A stretch of 64,000 nt of DNA from Bugula neritina. Its lineage: Eukaryota > Animalia > Bryozoa. Of this stretch, positions 12,101 to 21,700 are shown in pieces. Below the pieces are notes generated by a model. It was not told the origin of the DNA. It saw only the letters and a program-made list of their open reading frames with translations, and ran no database searches. Location: positions 6,464,707-6,528,706 of the forward strand of contig OZ037767.1 of assembly GCA_964035545.1 (NCBI GenBank), given 5' to 3'. The translations under genes were made by a program, and so were the position numbers. Positions within the stretch are counted from its first letter, which is position 1. Each line of letters starts with the position of its first letter.

Positions 12101-15100
12101 GTAATTGCAATGTTTACTATAAAACACTTTGATTTTAAAAATAAAATCAACAGACAATAAGCTAAATTATTTGAATGATAAATCATTAAAAATGATGAAT
12201 TCAAATTCCACCATCGATTGGCCATAAATTCAACAGAAAACCAGAAAACAGTATGGTTAGTATTTTGCAACTTATATAAATTGATTCAACATTAACCAGT
12301 TTTTATCATATACCATTACAGAATTGAACGACTGTAAGGAGCATAAGAGACTTATTAATACAGGAATTATAAAAGTTTTGTAAGGCTAGTGGCTAAAGCG
12401 CTGGCTAGGTAAACACAAGGTCAGAGATTTAAAAAAAAGCAAAGGCTTTTGGCAATGCAAAGAAGAGCATTCAGCCATAATTGTGCCTTTTGTCACAATA
12501 GAAAACAAGTCCTTTGCCCCCTTCCAAACACCCTTTCCACCTTAAGTTCTCGCTCATTATTTTATTGAAGAAAGTTCTAGATATTAGCAAAATATTTTGC
12601 AATAAACCATACAGCATTTTTATCCTATCTATTTAGAAGTTTATAAAAAGCAGTCATTTTTCAATAAAAGCTGTTAAAATAGGGAGTTGGAATTTTAAAG
12701 GTGGTAATTGAGCAGCTACTTAGGCTGCAAATAACAATAAAAGCTGCTTGTTGGATAAAATCCTTTGCAACACAAATACCAGAGCAACTAAAAGCCAAAA
12801 CAAATAAGTGGAGTATATAAAAAGTATACTTGAACAAGAAAGCTCACATCCTGCAAAGTATTAAATGTCTAGAATTTGAATTTATTGCTGAATTATTTTC
12901 AATAGCTGATCAATTGTTCTATAAATTATAAAAAGAAATCTGAGAAGTGAGGAAATTTGCATAGGTAAAATCCATATCTGCTAGCAGTGACAAATAAAAT
13001 GAAAATATTGACTAGAGGATTTGCACTTATTATAATAGGTGAAAAGCCTATTACCAAACACTTATTGCTAAACTTTCTACCTCGGAATACATTTTATTTT
13101 TGCTGGCGTAATAGCAATTCGTGGAACTGAGAATTAAAAAACTCTGGTTTTTGAAAATAATGTATAAATAATAACCTATGACCTCAACCAAAATTTTAAT
13201 TACGCTAGCCTACATATTATATATGAAGCAACTTCTACATGAAATACACGTAGAGCTTATACTGTACTTCAGCTGGCTGTGGGTTGAAGTGTTGGAGGGC
13301 ATTGGTAACCTCGCTAGTTACAGCATATCCAAAGTAGTCAAGAACTGTTGCTTTCCAAGTCTCATTCCCAGAACCGTCTTGGTGCTCCACGCAGAAACTA
13401 TCGGTTGTGTGGTCAATCACTGAAGAGCTTTGACTAATCCATATGTCTGAAAATATGATGATACAGTAAGAGAACCCCTGACCAAAGTTTTACAAGCATT
13501 TATATTACCGACAGCTACTTCAACAAAAACAGCTAAGTTTTATTTAAAAATTTAAGTTACTATTATACTTCAATTAGCTGCATAAAATAAAATAATGCAT
13601 TACAGAAAGTAAGCTCATACATTGATTATTTACAAATAATCACAGGAAGAAGGGGTGTTTGAGTTTTAACTCCCCTGTCCAACACTTATAAAGTTGTAGC
13701 ATTGCTACGCGCAGGTTAGGTGGTTATTTATAACATGACTGTGATTGGCTGAATGAAGAGCAATGATTATCCTCACTATACAAAACCACCTTTAATGTCT
13801 GACGACTTCACTGTAGCCTATTTCCTGCCCTTTATACTTTACAATGAATTTGCAGTCAATACACAGGCTGACTAACCTAGTGCCCCAGTGTCCACGTCTC
13901 GTCTAGTCTGCACCACTTCTACTACGGTGATGCCCTCTACTGTTGTACTGATACTCATCCCCACCTTCTCTATCATATCGTAATCATTCGGTATCTCAGA
14001 TCCCTGCCACAGCAACAACTTAGTATTATACCGAATGTTTGCTAAGATTACCATAGTTTGCTTTGAGCACAAAACGTGACAACAGAGTATAAAAAAAACA
14101 TAAACCACATGTATAGTAGGTATTAAGTAGTCTGGCAAAGCTAAAAGTAGTTATAGCCACTTGGAATCTCACCAAAGAGCTTTGAGTTTTCCTTCAGTCA
14201 TCTTACACTAATACTGTTACTATTTTTTATGCTTCAGAAAAAAATGAAAAGAATAGCAGCACAAAAGAGCTGCACGCAGATGGGGAAAATATTTGGACAT
14301 TAGGTATTTATTTACATGAAAATACAACAACGCTGTGGCGCAGGCCTATAACCACTTTTGTCATTAAATAGCAGGTTATCTGAGTAAAACTGCCAGTTTC
14401 AGAGAAGCATTTTATTTAGAGATTAGAGTGAGTATATTTAAATAACTTCTAAAATCTATGTGTTGCAGAGATAGCCCGATTAAAAGAATTGCAATGTTAG
14501 ACTGAAAATTATGTCATTATATAGAAGATTTTAAATATTAACATTTCAGTTAGTCTAGAGCACAATAGGAACATCACTAATACATAAGAACTGCTTTTAT
14601 TGGATGTAACTAATTAAAGCACATATTAAAGAGATAACTCTGAAGGTATAAAAAATCATTGTTCTAAGACCACTCAAAGAGGGGCAATTACATGGATCTA
14701 TGTTCAAAAACTATATTAAGGTGTTATTAAAAGTCTTACCATAAGCACCAGCATTTCTCCCTCAGAGGAGCTCCCAGAACCTCCTGCTGATGTGTTGGAT
14801 AAGTCAATGCTGCCAAATGAGAGACAAAGCTGCCACCTGGAGGTAGCCCAGTCTGTTATGTTGTGGTCAGCAGTCATGGCTATGCTGTCCCCTATCTCCC
14901 ACAGTATCACGTGATCCCCTGAAACTACAGAGTTTAACTCTCAACAATCATCATCCGGAACTAACTCTACAACCCTGCATAAGCTATAGACTTAACAGTA
15001 GCGTGAAACTTTATTTTGATGGTTGAACTAGCCAGGATACTCTTTAGGTTTGTAAATGCAATTAGAAAGTAAATTATTCTAAAGGTAAAATTAGCAGATA

Positions 15101-15704
15101 AATTGTGAAAAATATCTAAAAACTGAAAATTTCCAGTGTGTACTAAATTAAACAAAATGACACAATTAGAAAGTAAATTATTCTGAAGCCTACAACTAAA
15201 ATGATTGATATTGAAATAAAAAAAGTTGCTGTAGGGTATGTTAGTACACCACATAAATTATATGCAATTTCGTGTGTATGACTTATGTGATGAGCTCATA
15301 ACCTATAGCAACTTGTTGTATACTTCAATATCAATCAGTTTAGTTGTAGGCTTAAATTTAGTAATTTTACCTAGATAATAATTTATTTTCCAATTGCATT
15401 TATAAACTATATATGTATTTAATTATATATAATGTGTCCATCTTATAGTAGGCCTACAAGATTGTTGATGCCCAAACCTTTCTAGCAGAAACTCAACTTT
15501 GAGTTATTACTAAAAAAATAGAGGTATTATATTTTATAATAACATACAATGTCTAGTTCTTTAATATTACATAATTTAAATCATAACTCAAACAGTTAAA
15601 AAAGAAAACTTACAAAGAATTTGCAATAAACACCAACCTTGGACTAAAGTAGTAGTCAGCATCACGAAGACTAAATGTGTAAACGACAGTTTTCCAACTG
15701 CCAT
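132..15704 (-). CDS. Multi-exon secreted or membrane protein with a divergent pentraxin/laminin-G-like domain; 3' end lies beyond the window start
   Basis: Exon 15638-15704 encodes a signal-peptide-like MAVGKLSFTHLVFVMLTTTLVQG. GT-AG exons join in phase at about 14740-14918, 13876-14002, 13310-13446, 11555-11739, 2885-3080, 1758-1849, 1185-1342 and 132-410. Pentraxin-like spacing: STICMSL, WTTLCLGFSGVTGKAYL (cf. WHHxCxTW), FEILLTDVNIYN..LLC, VIFQW. Confidence 0.6.
799..1105. mobile_element. Non-autonomous hAT (Charlie-like) MITE
   Basis: Terminal inverted repeats CAGGGGTGTCCAAC...GTAGGACAGCCCTG with a perfect 8-bp target site duplication AACTAGAG (791-798 and 1106-1113). Confidence 0.85.
1937..2095 (+). 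repeat. About 160-bp dispersed MITE-like repeat, copy 1
   Basis: Near-terminal inverted repeats AGG(A/T)GCAGTAGTGGAGAAATTGAGA...TCTCAATTTCTCCATTACTGCACCT (consensus) and shared core GAGAACATAA..TGCTACATTTCTAATCTAGAACACAGGCTT; four copies in the window. Confidence 0.75.
3348..3739 (+). repeat. 5' LTR of element 1 (392 bp)
   Basis: TGTGG...TCACA termini; TATATAAAA 3555-3563, Inr-like TCAGT 3585-3589, AATAAA 3643-3648; direct repeat of 10842-11233. Confidence 0.95.
3741..3760 (+). promoter_or_regulatory. Primer binding site, tRNA-Leu
   Basis: TGGTGGCAGCGGTGGGATTC is the reverse complement of the metazoan tRNA-Leu(AAG/TAG-type) 3' end GAATCCCACCGCTGCCA-CCA. Confidence 0.88.
3791..4690 (+). CDS. 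gag: Gag, element 1
   Basis: 299-aa ORF after the PBS; capsid-like helical region; CCHC knuckle CWECGMPGHVRRHC. Confidence 0.95.
   Translation: MAPGDPAPEAAAPPALTIEALVTALQGLRGQGQAAPGDRYRLQPPTFGGDGDVEQFIKEFEDVAATAEWPVWVRVLQLRACLTGRARNFALGPDEAHILRALRARFGLTTEEASDQLQVMRRDRRTSLEDHANEVERLAQAAFGHATGDDRKRLVFNAFFRSVNHPDLQRYWLAAKVKSLDEALEMGKAYFQVEEPRRANYAARQVAGDAEEIPPTTQVAAAATPSPEQTQLNMLMSMMKGLQATVTELQRNQTDRRAPRSRDDPVRPPMPTCWECGMPGHVRRHCPKGQKPLNTRGSR
4666..4745 (+). promoter_or_regulatory. -1 programmed ribosomal frameshift signal, element 1
   Basis: T TTA AAC in gag frame (4666-4672); pol is in the -1 frame; downstream stem GGCTCACGG/CCGTGGGCC. Confidence 0.85.
4687..10632 (+). CDS. pol: Pol polyprotein (protease, RT, RNase H, integrase) with a long C-terminal acidic/C2H2/leucine-zipper extension
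   Basis: LLDTG protease, YLDD RT, DTDAS RNase H (TDH changed to TNH), integrase HHCC and D-D-E (VAVDL, HTDQG, VERNN), GPY motif, RSQRPRRPPRYLADY, then about 528 further residues. Probably made as Gag-Pol by frameshift rather than from the GTG. Confidence 0.95.
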   Translation: MNSATRGPHANPVRDRTRKTTEETSPESTYIEWHANRRSRRPKGLPDPPALPLDTRMELEETGWQAPRRSRRPQGLPDPPAWPLRNRFAGLPEEVVEEDSAYSQEYPELPSRPQKTPVVSKMKRRPAVRTQVVSPPETDRSRSTQPYGSSYFLPGKISGKAATFLLDTGCTTNLLSRRLFDTLGARERASLEPYEGAHGTLADGSCIPFYGVISLPGRVRDQAVHETFIVSQLKEDAILGMPFLEKHQCHMDFQKSVVVMAGKELVCVDKFGRPLVGGVQVVRDCTVPGRSQATLRCRVNCKEIAGLGMVEGTHGAIRLANSLNRLDCRQELLVQCINPFTEPVQLSAGALVGKYHSIQEADVGPALETVADNQGNPPHTRREAVPEHLADLYGGACGNCTSSTERQVLAQLLAEYSDVFSRGDRDMGLTKVISHEIPLAADTTPIRQPTRRLGPEKEKEVSRQVQDLLDRDLIEPAHGAWSSPVVLVKKKDGSWRFCVDYRRLNNATIQDAYPLPRIDESLDALAGSKYFSTLDLLSGYWQVPLSPDAQDKAAFITRDGLWKWKVLPFGLTSAPATFQRLMEQVLSGLHWKTLLIYLDDVIVISPDFSTHVSRLREVFDRLRAAGLKLKPSKCALLQPEVTYLGHVVGRDGVATDPEKVQAVKEWTVPRDLPELRAFLGLVGYYRQYIPRFAGVAQPLNRLTAKGVRWQWTQEEQQAFDHLKQRLMEAPILAYPDPAKEYILDTDASDHSVGAVLSQVQGGSEVVVAYYSKTLAAAEKNYCTTRKELLAVVKAVKHFRPYLYGKSFRLRTNHASLIWLCKRAEPSSQVARWLEILAEFSYRIEHRAGRKHGNADGMSRRPVEDCKQCLHIERRDGGPARLDVEAGLVEGTTYQWEHGHLRTETHQALHANPTLHQNVKELCRLQETLPGAVADIFRAKKEGRRPSEEQQRQGDVEFQLLCRRWDAFKVSPDGLLMITLAADNRQQKRDRVVCPRALRRELIWDTHKQAHAGVSRVIRCLRLRWYWSGMTRDVRLRVRQCEVCQASKHGRPTETTGRRRLYAGRPWQVVAVDLVGPMPLSARGNTWILVLTDHFTRWADALAIPDATAPTVARTLDQHVFCYLGLPEQIHTDQGAQFQSQLMGDLCRICGVNQSRTTPYHPQGNGVVERNNRMLGDALRSLLLGRGQEEWDVVLPQIMRAYRSTPHSATQETPNFLMLGRETRVPEHLTYHVPAPESPVHEYVEGLMDIMGKAHDALRTQQWQTRTEDSEEPPLYQVGDWVWMVSYRRRRGQSAKLQPKFVGPYCVVEVLPNHTYRVERSGQVSVQSEQRLKPYHASPDAVGQAPPLLEPHRQPNRRGRATRPREVEIMVPREADQEQAALIEQLERQQRAEREQEQQQALGSQPFPGEDTPVRGEDGDPPTRAAQEPPTPPESVPLERSQRPRRPPRYLADYAVGHLDGPPPEEDPPHTDCHPILVGNSLHHPGEFHQEEEMADRISEDTRSRELSSRNPGEIPTSHATRASAGKTSEARGSAISHSDFTQLARQLQLKLNSDSNTHFDFTTVLRTLSAAMGITLPDTQSGISSRLDPPVAESSQITVDWSLLDLLGSDLLEPEAEMDLGDDSAIDTLLNHDVGSVNFCDTPRPSVFNLSPYTPVPNFGDSETGFSQPLLSILEERMDVEEASRSDSPLPPALASASTSQQAATSSTEVCSAMVGPDPKPVELQLTAGEEQGILHGDHLPAEEDTSPILALPRALVARQYWVTGPTNLKIGDACGEPGNRICHECKRKFSSARRLRVHAPQHYINVFCPCGEFSYQRDYVLRHQRIAHCHTGYTFAVDQASFPEFRDLVLPHVADPHKRAALALGFPACRPVREEEGEPAATPQPAATQPLRVMLARVGPGARADSSDLGPRPSAAGEKQTHRQRRPARGTTDRPRHQTSAQLAEEVHQLRRQLRRYEEELGQLRRRVSRLERGRSGDRR
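10829..10841 (+). promoter_or_regulatory. Polypurine tract, element 1
   Basis: GATGGGGGGTGTG immediately before the 3' LTR; element 2 has GATGGGGGGAGAA at the same position. Confidence 0.8.
10842..11233 (+). repeat. 3' LTR of element 1
   Basis: No differences from the 5' LTR seen by eye. Confidence 0.95.
12385..12500 (+). repeat. Degenerate tRNA-derived SINE-like relic
   Basis: A-box-like GGCTAGTGG and core GAAGAGCATTCAGCCATA shared with 47419-47533. Confidence 0.4.
15045..15410. repeat. Foldback/MITE-like long imperfect inverted repeat
   Basis: AAGCCTACAACTAAAATGATTGATATTGAA (15185-) pairs with TTCAATATCAATCAGTTTAGTTGTAGGCTT (-15353); outer arms 15049-15095 and 15359-15407 are also complementary; centre near 15270. 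Confidence 0.7.
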
Positions 15705-18700
15705 GTTATCAGAGAAGAGATTATATAATGAGTTTGCAACCTTGCTGCCTAAGGTTTGTTGAGCTAATGCTATATCCCCACTTGATGCGCTATTTTTACA
15801 ATTTATTTCAAATTAAAAGGAGGAAATTGGCCAGTTAATAACAATAGGTTGTTTATAGATTTGCAACTGAAATCAATGTTTCATTAGCAAGCCATTTTCA
15901 GCCGTGGTTATTATCCTACGAAGTGTGAAAGTGCAGTGTTTAAGTGGCAGCATAAAGTTTCCAATGCATTGGAAAATATAATAAAACATAACATAGTATA
16001 TATAATAATATACGGTGTGACAAGTGTGCTAGGTGACATGTACAATAGTACAGCATGTACATGGTAGGTATGCAGAGTGGTCACCATATGTTCATCCTGA
16101 AGAATAGTTATGGCAGCTTAGTATTAGTTATAAGTATAAAATACAAAACTAGTTGACAATGAAAAATGATGCTGAAAGGCTTGATTGTGCAAATTAAAAA
16201 GGGCTGCTACATGAACAAAAGAAACCCTAGCATATATGTGAGCTAATGCATTAATATAACTGTTTGCTTTTCATGTTGAGCTTAGAATTTTAGGTTTGAG
16301 GGTCAAGCAGTTATTTTAACTGGTGTTATTTAGAAAAAAATCTACACAAATCTGAAGTAAAAGTTTGATATAACTAATCTGCTTAGACTTTCTAATTTCT
16401 CCAAGTTTCTTAGATTATATAAAACAAGCATAACATTAACTTGCAAACAAACATAATGAATTAGTTGATAAAGCTTACAAACTGCAATCAAAATTACTGG
16501 AAAATCCTTCCGTGATACTTCACTAAAAAAACAAAAACCCTTTCAAAGGTTATAAGCAATTACCAGTATTGTTAATGTCTACAGCAACAGTTTAAGGTCA
16601 ATATTCTAAGAGTATTGACTGTTAAAACTAATAGTCATTTATAAACAGTTTGATATTCTCAATTTTTGTATCAGCACAGAAGTAAGCTTACAAGGAAGGA
16701 TTTCTTTAGAATAATTTAATAACTTGGGACTTGCAAACTATAGGACAGGCTCAACTCTTTAACAGATGCAGCAGGACATATTGCCTAAGCATTAACTTCA
16801 ATGCCAGGTAAAATATAGACTAGATAATAACAGAACCTATTTACGTATACAACTGGAATTATTGGTTGAATCAATTTTTTGTACAAAAATTTCATATAAA
16901 AGGTGCTAGGCAGCAGCAAGGAATTATGAAATTTTCTAATTCACAGTATAGTTAACTCCACTCTGATTTCTAGCAACATGAACTTTTACTTTCTATTTAG
17001 AAAATGAAGTACATCCTGCCATGTCAGTAACAAATGGAAACATTGATGAGGAAACACTACTCCGAGGAAAATCAAACATCAAACAATTTTCTATTCAAAT
17101 ACTCAGCACATCTATGGAGGGGAGGAAGTGCTAAATTGAGAGATAGGTGCATTGAAATATAAGGAGAGTTTCAATTTATAGGTGGAGTCATAAAGAGATC
17201 AAGCTACATAGGTTACCACTCTAAGGTATGAAAGAAGTAACTCTAAGTAGCACAAGATACCAAACTAAAATCCCAACAACACTGAAAGGCCAACTTAGGA
17301 TTTTGAAGAGACATGGTGTGACTCACCGGCTAGTCAAGTTCTAAGTGAGCAGCACTTTGGGATTAACTACAGCCTAGGCTGGTTATAGCTACATTACTTA
17401 ATAGCTATACATACTATCGTTAGGCTCTACAGCTTCTATCAGTGCTTGCTCATACAGTAGACCATAACTATGCCTAAACAACAATGCATCACGATAACAA
17501 AATGTAAACCAAGTTTAGTCGGAGTTCACAGTTTTGAAAGTCTCTTGTCAACCAAGTTTCTTACCAAGAACGATACTCGACATGAGAGGATTTATCTAGC
17601 TTACCTATCAATTTTCCTTTCAAATATCACTATCTAAATTGAATAATATCAGCGGTAATACGGAAGCACTAAAAAAAACAACGGAACGCTCACTGTCACG
17701 CACGTGAGGCGCTCTACTAACATCATATGATGGTCAAGAGCGTTCTACCTCATCAGAGGTAATCACAGGTAACCCAAACTAAAAACTGCAAGCATGGTGC
17801 TACATATATATTTTTTCTTAATATGCCTAGCCCTGATTCACCACAATGAAATACGGTGAAGCATATGCTACAGACTACAAGCGAATTAGTGCCAAGAAAG
17901 ATCTCAAAATTTAAAAAAAAAACAAAAAACAAAAACCATCATAACAAAGGTAATAAGGCTAAAATAGTTAAGCCCTAAATGGTGAAGATGGAGGCTAGCA
18001 CAGTAAGAAAGATAAAGAGGTCAGAAAAGTGACGGTGGAAGGTGTAAGGGCGTCTAAACAAAATAGATGATCAGACACAGTTATAGTTAATTTCCACTCT
18101 CTCAGCTTAGATTAAATGCAAGAAATTAAACAAGGCAGAGAAAGGAAGCAACAAGAGCACTTAGTACAGTATGCAACACAGTTTGTATAAACAGTAGATT
18201 TTATTTAATATTAAAGTTTAAATTTTAGTAAAGCTCAATAGTGCTGAGCTAAAGATAGAATATACTCTGATGCTAAACAGTTATTACACCATATTTCATT
18301 TGATGAAAAAAAAATTATCTTCACTGAAAAATATGAAAGTAGCTGCAAATACTGCCTGAAACTTATACTGTATGTTAATTTAGACTGCTTGACGAGTAAT
18401 TGGGCACAAGGCACCAAATCATCAATCCAAAAGAATCCGACCACTTGTTCTTTGAAAACTTTCATCAAAAATTACTTGCAATACAGGCTGTAAAACTCTA
18501 TTTCTACTCACAAGCTACATTTAGACTTTAGAGGCAGTAATAGACTGACAGTATGTAATACAGTGTGCAGTTACTTAATTTCATTTTCATTAATAGTCCC
18601 TTATATTAGCTATCAGAGTTCAATTCGAATTTACAAATAAGTATTGACATCACAGTAAATTCATAAATGTGAATGCATCTAAGTTTGGCAGGTTCATTGA

Positions 18701-18749
18701 TTTTTGAGTGTCAAGGTAAAGTAAAGTATTGCTGTCTGTGGAGGTGAAA

Positions 18750-21700
18750 TCAGCCTACATAAGCTTCTAGATTCAATTTATTAACAACTTCCCTCACAGC
18801 AACGATGAGATCTTCATTCACATGAGGTGCATCTAGTATGAGTTGATGCAGTTTGGCCATATAAGTGTCAATGTTAGCTACCGTAGGCAGTTCATCTGTA
18901 CCTAGAACATATTACAGGTTGAACTATATACGTATTGTATACAATATATAATATACAATATAAAACATATAATATTTCTCACCTATATGGCTGTAGTCCT
19001 ACACAATAGCCATATAGAACAGACTACACACAATATGGGATATTAGCAGGTACATGTGGTATATATTATATAATACGCAATATACAATATACATATGTAT
19101 TATTTATATATTATATAATACAATATACGTCATACAACATGCGATATATACTGCAATATGCATCATGTAACCCAATATACGACTTTAGACTTGGTAAACC
19201 TGAATTAGTCCTAGATCATACTTATTTCTCAAAATTGTTTTGCCAATGTTTTCGAAAAAAAAAACACCTATTAGTATTATACAGATGGATATAAACAAGT
19301 TCATCATTTGTTAAACTCTCTGAACTGGTTTACAAACTTTCCCCATAATTAGTTGATGTTTACATAGTGCAACACTCTACATGATAAAATAGGAAGACAA
19401 CTCCGCAACTAACAATTAGACAATCAATTTGTTGTTAACTAGTGTTAGCAATCCTAGATTTTCAATTGATAATATAAAACAATGGCATTGACAAGTAAAA
19501 TAAACCATCATTAAAAAAAGATTTCATTATCTTTTAAATGTAATTAAAAAAGTAATATAATTACATACTAAAATACTTAGATGAAAAGAAGCATCACAGG
19601 AAATTGAAATTCACTTTAGATAGGTTGGTTTACAACCCTAGCATAGCAAAGCAGCTTCGTGTCACGCATGCATTTCAACCATGAGTTAGCAGCAACTGTG
19701 TATTTACTGTCACCATATTATTTAAATATAGTCAATAATATGAAATTTTCAGAAAACTAAAAGAAACAAGCATTTGCATACTGATAGTACTGGTTCTGTA
19801 AACAAACCATGAAAGTCACACCCACCAGGTAAGGGTATTTCAGCAAAGTTACTGGCCAGCGTATCTCTTAGAGACTCCAAGTGTTGCACCAAGGCTATGT
19901 TGTTACTGCGCTGTAGATTGGCCTCCTCCTCTAGAGATGACACTATCTTCTTGAGCTCATCCACATGTGTACTGAGTATTGCATTCTGTTCTTCATACTG
20001 ATAATTCAGTTTCCTCAACTCCCGCAGTTCCTTTTCCCTGTCTATACATTACAAGTACGTAATTGTCAATCAAACAATAGAGTATGTGGAGTCAGCTAGA
20101 AATTACCAAAAAGAGGCAAACTTAGACAGGAGAAAAATTCAAAGAAAACATAAACTTTTTAGACTACCACCACATATCCCATAGCCTAGTTTTAAAATAA
20201 CATTTAGCATAAAGTTGTTACATGAAAGCAAAACTTTCCCACACATTTATTTACCATTTCACTGAAAATTTACAGATGAAGACAGTTAGTGGTGAAAATT
20301 TGAACATTTAATTAGATTATAAGGAATTGAGGAGTGAATATTACATGACATTTTCAATCAACCACTGAGCACTACCACCATCACATACCCAACCGTATGG
20401 ATCTATACTCTACTTACTTTTATTATGCTCCAAGAAGTCTTCTGTGAATATAGGAATATCCATGCCGGGCATCTTTACTGGTGCCTCTTTAGACTGTACA
20501 GGAACCTTGGCATCTTTCTCAGAAGGTTTCAAAGACTTTGAGTTGCCAGCTACCGTGGATTCTAAGAGAACAATACAGCAGACATGTTTTCTTACCAAAC
20601 TATAACAAGATAAGCTTAATTAAAAGTTTTCAATGTTGTGTATATAACAATGCCTGAGATAAAAATATCATTATATCAATGTTATAGCACCCACACCACC
20701 CTTAATCAACCATTCGACCTGTTACTAAAATTCGTAAAATTGTCCAAAATAAAATTTAAAAGGCATATATGAAGCAACTCTCAGAAAAGGTGAGCAGAAT
20801 AGGTTTTAAAAGATACAGATTTTTAAAAAACATGGGGGTTACTTTTAAAATGACATGCATAAACTTGACTAGGTGACAACACAGTGTTGGGAATTCATAA
20901 GTAATTTAAAGTGTTCTTGCCTAGTTTTTTGTCTTGAAATAGTTTGTATGCCTCACTCTGTTGATAGATTGCAAGTTCTCCAAGGTACTTTGCTTTGTTC
21001 TCTTCCGCTATGTCCAAGTATACCTAACACCAACAGTTGAATAAGTGTTACAAGTATTTGGCTTCAGTAGCAAGGCAAGGCAGAATAAAAATAGATTTGT
21101 AATTGGATGGCTCACAAACATCACAATGATTATTCATCCCCCAGTAAACGTTGTTAGATATACTGATGTAGCATATATTATTATGCATTGCATTTATAAC
21201 AAATGTATGACTATTCAACTAAATTATACTGATAGAGCAATTATTGGAATCACCAAAATAAAATAATACATTATTTCCTTATATTTTTTTCTATTCAGCT
21301 AAATGTTAGTTTATGTAGCAAAATACAAATGTTTCAAGAATTTTTAAGGTCTACTAAGTATTATCCATTTTAAATATAGCTAAAATTACAAGCAAAACTC
21401 TAGAACAAATAGTGTCATCAGAAGCCAATGCTTACTCTCTTTTGCTTAATATCCATGCTGCTCCATTCGGCAGCTATTGTTTTAGTTAGATCAGAGAAAC
21501 TGATGTTTGGCGTGACAGCTTTGATGGCGTCTCTCCGTTCGTTCATATACATTACGTAGCCAGTCTGTGGCATTCTGGGGGCATTCTCATCACGCAGGGA
21601 CTGCAAGAGACGCCAAGGAATATATGCACCAGCAACTAATACAAGTTGAATGTAAACGTTGATAGTGTATAACACACAAAAGCAAAAAACATTAAATGTT

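Noticed and set aside
11922-12270. Ile/Asn/Tyr-rich ORFs
   Set aside because: Translations of AT-rich low-complexity intron sequence.
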